Below are positions 57,591 through 64,000 of a stretch of 64,000 bases of DNA, piece after piece. The position numbers and the translations under genes are program-made. The stretch covers positions 26,328-90,327 of IMG/VR virus record IMGVR_UViG_3300028635_000004; one strand, written 5' to 3'. The stretch is from a virus. Lineage: Duplodnaviria; Caudoviricetes. Within the stretch, counting starts at the first letter, position 1; each line of letters begins with the position of its first letter. A model generated the notes under the pieces. The model saw only the letters and a program-made list of their open reading frames with translations, made no database searches and was not told where the DNA came from.

Positions 57591-58181
57591 ATGGCATTAA
57601 CAACAAGTTTATCCTTAGGGGTAAGGAACGATAACAAAGTATTGGTTATAGTAGACAATACAAATGATTATGGTAGTGACAATGGTAATATTGCAGTAAG
57701 TGATATTACCAGTTTAACATTAGGCGTAAGTTATATGAACTCGTCTAAAAAGTCTGTTACATATGACACTATAGATTTATATGCATTATTTGGTCCATTT
57801 GTTATTCAAAGTGATTTAACCTTTGAATTAAATCCCAGTCATTTTATGATTAATTCTGTACCAATAGGTACTGCAGAAGATGAATTTATGGACGGTGTTT
57901 ATCACTTTATTTATACAATCAATGTAACAGAATCTATTAAGGAGTATGATATATTATTTGACGGTAGAGTTGTTAACGCTGCATATGAAATATTAAGGCG
58001 GATTCCAGAATCATACATATGCGGTTTATGTAATACTAAAGAAGTACTAGATGCCATATTTACAATGGGTATGATAGATGCAATGGAATCTGCTGCTTAC
58101 ATCGGTCATGATGAAAGCATTTTAGAACAATTGGCTGTAATAGAAAGATTAGTAACAAATGGCTCTAATTATACTTGGTGA
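57591..58181 (+). CDS. Putative structural protein
   Basis: ORF in the structural block. Confidence 0.55.
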   Translation: MALTTSLSLGVRNDNKVLVIVDNTNDYGSDNGNIAVSDITSLTLGVSYMNSSKKSVTYDTIDLYALFGPFVIQSDLTFELNPSHFMINSVPIGTAEDEFMDGVYHFIYTINVTESIKEYDILFDGRVVNAAYEILRRIPESYICGLCNTKEVLDAIFTMGMIDAMESAAYIGHDESILEQLAVIERLVTNGSNYTW

Positions 58182-60885
58182 TGCTTCTAGCATAGGCTCC
58201 CTACATAATATAATAGTACCCTATAAAGATCAATATAGGATTGGCTGGGGACACGGTGGTGTTGTAATAGGCAATACTATAGACAACCGGCTTTTTAGTA
58301 CAGGTACTGTTGTATTGGCAGGTACTAATGTAACCATTGGTACGTCTGCTTTAGGTGCTCGCCAATATTTAAACTTATCAGTGGCAGATCCTTCTGCTGC
58401 TGCAAACTATGTTTCGGCTGGGGATTATATATCATTATCTACGGCGGGAGCTGGTACCACAATATCTGTAACAGGTCTACAACCAGCAGGTCCATATGTA
58501 ACAACTGCTGCAGATCCTTATCATGATCATGGTGGTATTGCTCATGCTATAGGTAATATTGGTGGTACAATAGGTACGTATACTACAAACTCAGCACCGG
58601 GTACATTTTGTGGGTGGTCACTAAGTATACCTAATTTTTTAACTACCGCTGCTTTATCGAATCACGGGCATACAAATTATGCGGGTTTAGGGGCAACTAC
58701 TGGTACTACTGCTGGTACAGATATTAAGGCTACACTTGATGGTGGTGGTTTAAGTTTAAGGACGCCCAGGTTTATAACTACAGCAGCTCCTGTAAATCAT
58801 ATACATGGTTTTATAACAACCATGAGCACTACAGGTTCTGTAATGTCTTATACTTCAAATAGTGGTGGACTTACATTGGGTGTACCTCAATGGTTAACAA
58901 CACTCCCAGGTGGCGGTGGTGGTAATAATTTAACACTTGCTGGTAACACATCTGGTACATTAACGCCTTTTAGCGCAGGTACTGTTACTATAGCAGGTGG
59001 CGATAATATAACATTAAGTCAAGATGGTAACGCGTTTACTATTATAGGTGCAGCTAGTGGTACTAATGCTGGTATTGCAGCATCAATGGGTACTGCTAAT
59101 ACTACTGGTACTAAAGCGTTAATTAGTACTGGTACATTGTATATTGAAGGTGGCGATAATATTACTATTTCTCAACAGAATAATACATTGCGTATTATAG
59201 GTGGTAGTGTAGCACCCGGTACAGCTTCAAATGCTGTGCATGCTGGTAATAATATAAGTTTATCTACACAAGGCGTTAATACGACTATATCAGTTGTTGG
59301 TTTACAGCCTGCAACAAACATGTCATTATATCAGCAGACATCCAATATGTCATTGTACCAATTGACTGCACAAAATACTGCATCTTTAGGTACTGCATAT
59401 ACATCGCATACGCATAGTAATTTATATGCTCCTTTAAATTATACATCTCATACACATAGCAATTTATATATTCCATTAGCTAATACTAGTAGGTATGCTG
59501 GTACAAATGGTGCTATAACAGGTGGTTCGTTAACTCTTAATACTAGTGGCGCATCAATTAATATACAGGAACGCTCATTAAGGTTTATTGATTCTCATGG
59601 TGTTTCATGGGGTAGTGCTGTTAATGGTTATACTACTAGCGTTACAGCATCTGTAGAAGCTGGTATTAATAGTAGTTTATTAGGCAGTATATATTTTAAT
59701 GATGCCAATGGTGTTACTTGGGGTAGTGCTACAAGCGGTAATTCTACAACTATAACTGCTTCTGTTAATACAGCAGGCGGTGGTGGCGGTGGGGCTGCAT
59801 TGCAAGGCTCTGGTACATATACTCAAAATACTGGGACAATACAATTTGCTAATTCAAACGGCATATCTTTTGGTCTGGCTAGCAATAGGATGACAGCATC
59901 AGTTGCTAATAACGCTGGTAATTTATATTTCTCAGACGGTCAAGGTATATCATTTGGGGTTAGCACATCTGGTTCTAGTACTACAGTTACTGGTTCTGTT
60001 ATAGGTGGTACGATGAGTGGTGAATATGCCGGCACAGTATTTTCTACAAGTAGTGTTACAGGTTCTAATATTCGTGGTTCTGCAAATACAGCAGGTATTA
60101 GTCTAAGTGTACCCAATTATGTTACTAGGACAGGTAGTTTACTTTTTGCTAATAATAGTGGTAATATAACTTGGTCTTCGAGTGTTAATAATAATAGTAC
60201 ATACGTATATGGTAGTGCTCCAGTAGGCGGTGGTAGTGGTACATATGACGTATCTCATACACATGGTAATGTATCTGGTATCAATATATCAGCTACGTCT
60301 GCTAGCAATGGTTTAACATTAAGTGTTCCCAATTACCTCACTACAGCAGCGTTATCAAATCATAGCCATGGTAATGTTTCATTGGCACTCACAAATCTTA
60401 GTGCTACTGCGTCGAGTCGTAGCAATGGTTTAACTTTATCTCTCTCATCTCCTCCTCCAGCATCAGGTGGTGGTATAGCAGTACAAGGGTCTGGTACTTA
60501 CATTCATACTAGCGGTACAGTTAGGTTTGTAAATTCCAATGGTCTAACCTTTGGTTTAGCTACAAATGGGTCATTAACTGGCTCAGTTGCCAACAATGTT
60601 GGTAGTATGTACTTTTCTGATGCCAATGGTGTTAGCTTTGGTGTTAGTAGTAATACTAATAATCAAAGTACTATAACTGCTTCCTTTAATGCTGGCGCAA
60701 CTCATACTCATCCATACATGGGTACTGGCGTTAGTAGTTCTGGTAATATAACTGTTATGGGTAATACTGCAGGTTTATCAATAACTGCTCCAGTATTAGG
60801 TTTCTTATATTTTAGTAATGCAAATGGGCATAGTTGGTCAAGTTCAACCAGTGGTGTTTCAACCTCAATATATATTTGTACATAA
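58159..60885 (+). CDS. G/S/T/N-rich repetitive fibre protein with multiple HxH motifs
   Basis: Repeats such as F.D.NG(V/I)S(W/F)G, QGSGTY..T..F.NSNG..FGLA and LSVPNY; about eight HxH motifs. Confidence 0.7.
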   Translation: MALIILGDASSIGSLHNIIVPYKDQYRIGWGHGGVVIGNTIDNRLFSTGTVVLAGTNVTIGTSALGARQYLNLSVADPSAAANYVSAGDYISLSTAGAGTTISVTGLQPAGPYVTTAADPYHDHGGIAHAIGNIGGTIGTYTTNSAPGTFCGWSLSIPNFLTTAALSNHGHTNYAGLGATTGTTAGTDIKATLDGGGLSLRTPRFITTAAPVNHIHGFITTMSTTGSVMSYTSNSGGLTLGVPQWLTTLPGGGGGNNLTLAGNTSGTLTPFSAGTVTIAGGDNITLSQDGNAFTIIGAASGTNAGIAASMGTANTTGTKALISTGTLYIEGGDNITISQQNNTLRIIGGSVAPGTASNAVHAGNNISLSTQGVNTTISVVGLQPATNMSLYQQTSNMSLYQLTAQNTASLGTAYTSHTHSNLYAPLNYTSHTHSNLYIPLANTSRYAGTNGAITGGSLTLNTSGASINIQERSLRFIDSHGVSWGSAVNGYTTSVTASVEAGINSSLLGSIYFNDANGVTWGSATSGNSTTITASVNTAGGGGGGAALQGSGTYTQNTGTIQFANSNGISFGLASNRMTASVANNAGNLYFSDGQGISFGVSTSGSSTTVTGSVIGGTMSGEYAGTVFSTSSVTGSNIRGSANTAGISLSVPNYVTRTGSLLFANNSGNITWSSSVNNNSTYVYGSAPVGGGSGTYDVSHTHGNVSGINISATSASNGLTLSVPNYLTTAALSNHSHGNVSLALTNLSATASSRSNGLTLSLSSPPPASGGGIAVQGSGTYIHTSGTVRFVNSNGLTFGLATNGSLTGSVANNVGSMYFSDANGVSFGVSSNTNNQSTITASFNAGATHTHPYMGTGVSSSGNITVMGNTAGLSITAPVLGFLYFSNANGHSWSSSTSGVSTSIYICT

Positions 60886-60897
60886 AATAAATAAGTT

Positions 60898-61620
60898 ATG
60901 GCGTATCCTGTAATTGAAGGTTATTCCCAAGGAGGTAATACTAATAGTAGCCAAACTAGTATTCCAATTACATTGCCAAGTAATATTCAAATGAATGAAT
61001 TTATATTGGGATTTATAGCTAGTGGTCGAGGTGCTCCTACATCTGGTAAAAATTCTTCTGCCAATTTTCATATGACTCCTAATATACAAGATCGATTGGG
61101 TTATCAAAACTTAACTTGTTTTTATGCAAAAGCATATGGAAATAATAATGATTATATAACTATATTTCTCGGTAATGGTTCTATAACAAATTGGATAGTA
61201 TATAGGATATCTGGTCATGGTATGTATTCTGCTGCAGATTTTAATATGTCTTACCTTAGTGATATATATCGAGGAAATTTTCCTCTTGCCGGATATCAAG
61301 AGTTTCCGTTGAATAATGATGAAAGATTATATATTTCTGCAGTAAGTTATGTATATCGTACTGAAAATCTAGCCCCTCCTTCAACATGGACTGGTTTTAT
61401 TCATGAACCATTCAATGGGAATGATCGTTATGGAGCTGGTGTAGCTACAACTCATAGGTTATTAAATATGCCGGCAGTTGAACAGGATTGGTGGACTAAT
61501 ACTGACCAAAGTAGTAATGGTATTTCATCTGTAACTGTTCGTATAAAACCAGGTGGTTTACCAGGGGCCTTGGATACAGGCGTTGGTATTGTCACTTTGC
61601 CTCATATAATAGTAAATTAA
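60898..61620 (+). CDS. Putative virion accessory/fibre-associated protein
   Basis: beta-rich; N-terminus parallels the next gene (P.I......N......I..PS.IQ....I..FIA). Confidence 0.55.
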   Translation: MAYPVIEGYSQGGNTNSSQTSIPITLPSNIQMNEFILGFIASGRGAPTSGKNSSANFHMTPNIQDRLGYQNLTCFYAKAYGNNNDYITIFLGNGSITNWIVYRISGHGMYSAADFNMSYLSDIYRGNFPLAGYQEFPLNNDERLYISAVSYVYRTENLAPPSTWTGFIHEPFNGNDRYGAGVATTHRLLNMPAVEQDWWTNTDQSSNGISSVTVRIKPGGLPGALDTGVGIVTLPHIIVN

Positions 61621-61621
61621 T

Positions 61622-62302
61622 ATGTCATTTCCAATTATACAAAACGCAACTGCTGGTAGTAATTCTACAAATACTACAGATCATTCGATTATAATGCCAT
61701 CTGGTATTCAAATTGGTAATTTAATAATAGTATTTATAGCTGTTGATGGTAATGTAAAATTGTTTATAGATACTGCTATTAGTGGGGACGATTGGACCGA
61801 AGCAGTTAAGACATCTACGGCTAATTTAACAATAGGTTTATATTGGAAGATAGCAGCTGGCGACAGTACAGATGCTTTGCAAATAACAACTGATTATAGT
61901 CAAATGTCATCGTATATATCACTTACAATTAATAATTATCTAATGGGCAATCCAATTAGGGTAAGTTCATCTGCTTCAGGTTCTTCTACTAATATGAATC
62001 CGCCATCACTTGCTCCAACATATGGTGCTAATGATTATTTATGGTTTGTATTTGGTGGTATAGACAATGATTTGGTTGCTACAGCTGCTCCAACAGGTTT
62101 CAGTGATTTAAGGACTTCAATTTGTAATAGTACCGAAGGTGTTGGTTGTTCAATTGCATCTAGGCAATATAATACTGGATCTTCTTATGATCCACCTGTA
62201 TTTACAAGTCCAAATGGTCCTTGGGTTACATGTACTGTATTAATAAATCCGTTGGAGGCAAGTGGTATTAGCATACCCATGTTTGCTTATTATAATTTTT
62301 AA
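61622..62302 (+). CDS. Putative virion accessory protein, paralog of 60898-61620
   Basis: Similar N-terminal pattern. Confidence 0.55.
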   Translation: MSFPIIQNATAGSNSTNTTDHSIIMPSGIQIGNLIIVFIAVDGNVKLFIDTAISGDDWTEAVKTSTANLTIGLYWKIAAGDSTDALQITTDYSQMSSYISLTINNYLMGNPIRVSSSASGSSTNMNPPSLAPTYGANDYLWFVFGGIDNDLVATAAPTGFSDLRTSICNSTEGVGCSIASRQYNTGSSYDPPVFTSPNGPWVTCTVLINPLEASGISIPMFAYYNF

Positions 62303-62304
62303 TT

Positions 62305-62517
62305 ATGTCTATAGTAATTAGCGCACCATTATTTAAGGGATCTGTATCAGTAGTGGTTATACATACAGATCAACAGTATATGTATTATAGTGATGGCATT
62401 GCTATATGGCGTAAGGGTGTTCGTGGTTATTCTTATGTAATTGATAAAGCGTTAACCCCAACGGGTTTCGGTGGTACTGAAAATACTGATTGGGAGAATG
62501 TATATAATATAATATAA
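62305..62517 (+). CDS. Small hypothetical protein
   Basis: Tightly packed ORF. Confidence 0.55.
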   Translation: MSIVISAPLFKGSVSVVVIHTDQQYMYYSDGIAIWRKGVRGYSYVIDKALTPTGFGGTENTDWENVYNII

Positions 62518-62521
62518 TAAT

Positions 62522-63253
62522 ATGAGTGGCACAGTAGAGTTTCGTAGGCAAACTACGATTGAAAAAATTGAACCTTTGTATGGAATACCTGAATTACACG
62601 ATGGTTATACATATGGTAGGTACGAAGCCAAAGCCGCTAATATAACTATGGACACAGAAGAACCAACAAGAGTTCTTACTTTGGCTGATTTAAGTGGTAG
62701 TAATCATCATATGACTGGAATGTATGGTTCTATTCAATGGTCTGTAGGTCCGGAATGGGATGCTGTAAATGAGGAATTGGAGTTTGGTGCTTCTACCAGT
62801 TCTTATATATTATCCACACCATCATTTACATCGACATCTCAAATAACAATATATACAGTTGTGAGAATAAATAATTGGGAATCAGATAAAGCAATACATC
62901 ATGATATAGATCCAAGAGGTTTTTATGCTGCTCTTACAACCACAGTAAATGATATAGTATCATATAATGGAACATGGGCTTTTGGGTGTGATAACGCATC
63001 TGTTGGTCAATATGGTGTTCTTACTGCAAGATTTACTGGGGGGGATAATTCTGTTTTACAATGGAATAAAAGAACGAGGGGTATTGGAAATAATGGTAAT
63101 TTAGCACATACTTTATTTTCATACGGAGGATTGAATGGTTCTTCAGCGAATATGTCAATAAAAGAGATAATCATACGAATGACGAGTGATAGTGATAGTA
63201 ATATGGATGCCATCCAGTCTTATTTAATGAGTAAATACAACATATCCAATTAA
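62522..63253 (+). CDS. ConA/LamG-like domain protein
   Basis: LADLSGSNHH..TIYTVVR..IKEIII..IQSYLMSKYNI pattern. Confidence 0.55.
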   Translation: MSGTVEFRRQTTIEKIEPLYGIPELHDGYTYGRYEAKAANITMDTEEPTRVLTLADLSGSNHHMTGMYGSIQWSVGPEWDAVNEELEFGASTSSYILSTPSFTSTSQITIYTVVRINNWESDKAIHHDIDPRGFYAALTTTVNDIVSYNGTWAFGCDNASVGQYGVLTARFTGGDNSVLQWNKRTRGIGNNGNLAHTLFSYGGLNGSSANMSIKEIIIRMTSDSDSNMDAIQSYLMSKYNISN

Positions 63254-63254
63254 T

Positions 63255-64000
63255 ATGAAGCGTTTTGCGTTATCCATATTAGCAACTTTTATTGCTATAT
63301 CTTCATACGCAACAACTTTTTATGTTGCCACGAATGGCAATGATAACAATAACGGTACTTCTTTAAACACACCCTTTGCTACTTGGCAAAAAGGTATAAA
63401 TGAAGCATATCCTGGAGATACAATATTTGTTCGCGGGGGTGTTTATTATTTATATGGTAATGATCCTTGGGTTGAAGTTAATCCCACAAGATGGCCTGTT
63501 GGTCGAGGACGTAGTGGAACAAGAGAAAACCCAATTTGCTTCTGGGCTTATCCACCGGATTATGAAGCTGGCAATCATCCCATTTTAGATTGTCATAATG
63601 CATATGAAACTGCTGGGACTAATTTTTCATGTTTCAGTCTTTATGGTGTTGAGTATTGGCATATAAAAGGAATAACAGTTAGAAATGCATATCAACGAGG
63701 CCTGGCAAATAGAAGACCACAAGGAATTGGTGGTGTTTTATCTGCTAATTTAAAATTTGAGAATTGTACCGCATATAATATATCAGCAAGGGGTTTTTAT
63801 TATTCGTCTGGTGCTTGGAATACATGGGACGCAGAATATGCGAATCCTGAAAATCCTCAATATGCGATGTGGGATTCAGATACTACATATTTCATTAATT
63901 GTGACGCTTATGACATCCGTGATTCAATAAATTGTTCTTCTGGAGATGGTTGGAAATGTCATAGTTATTTTGGTAAAGCTTTAATTTTTGAGGGCTGTCG
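63255..64000 (+). CDS. Signal-peptide-bearing right-handed beta-helix protein (PL9/pectate-lyase-like); 3'-truncated, not in the ORF track
   Basis: MKRFALSILATFIAISSYA-TTFYVATNGNDNNNGT..PFATWQKG..AYPGDTIFVRGGVY; frame runs to the window end. Confidence 0.7.
   Translation, partial: MKRFALSILATFIAISSYATTFYVATNGNDNNNGTSLNTPFATWQKGINEAYPGDTIFVRGGVYYLYGNDPWVEVNPTRWPVGRGRSGTRENPICFWAYPPDYEAGNHPILDCHNAYETAGTNFSCFSLYGVEYWHIKGITVRNAYQRGLANRRPQGIGGVLSANLKFENCTAYNISARGFYYSSGAWNTWDAEYANPENPQYAMWDSDTTYFINCDAYDIRDSINCSSGDGWKCHSYFGKALIFEGC

Noticed and set aside
1425-63588. Numerous short antisense or overlapping ORFs in the track (e.g. 1425-1658, 7219-7545, 29844-30071, 46475-46843, 57131-57364, 63400-63588)
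   Set aside because: They are shadows of longer genes on another frame or strand, with no motif support
1-64000. Stop-codon reassignment (TAG/TGA), known in some crAss-like phages
   Set aside because: Late and replication genes are long and intact in code 11; TAG and TGA are used as stops; no suppressor tRNA seen

Overview
The window is part of an AT-rich Crassvirales (crAss-like) phage genome, with a host probably in the Bacteroidota. Bases 1-7071 (+) hold the ends of the giant virion/ejected-protein block. Bases 7140-41986 (-) hold the replication, nucleotide-metabolism and early/accessory arm: primase, DnaB, family B DNA polymerase, dUTPase, ThyX, class II RNR, M23 peptidase, an ECF sigma factor and 4 tRNAs. 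Bases 42275-64000 (+) hold the packaging/structural arm: intein-containing TerL, portal, scaffold-like protein, MCP, and head/tail and fibre proteins. The standard genetic code fits throughout. The least ordinary features are: (i) a phage ECF sigma factor plus three exact TGTAAC-N16-CGTATA motifs at the head of the late arm; (ii) an ORF-poor ~525-nt unit bounded by one of these promoters and a terminator; (iii) a 1.3-kb hairpin-dense non-coding block; (iv) about ten intergenic modules each closed by a long terminal stem; (v) tandemly duplicated gene starts that create short out-of-frame leader ORFs; (vi) an acyl-CoA-ligase-like protein with eroded catalytic motifs. All protein assignments come from motif recognition by eye; no database search was run.
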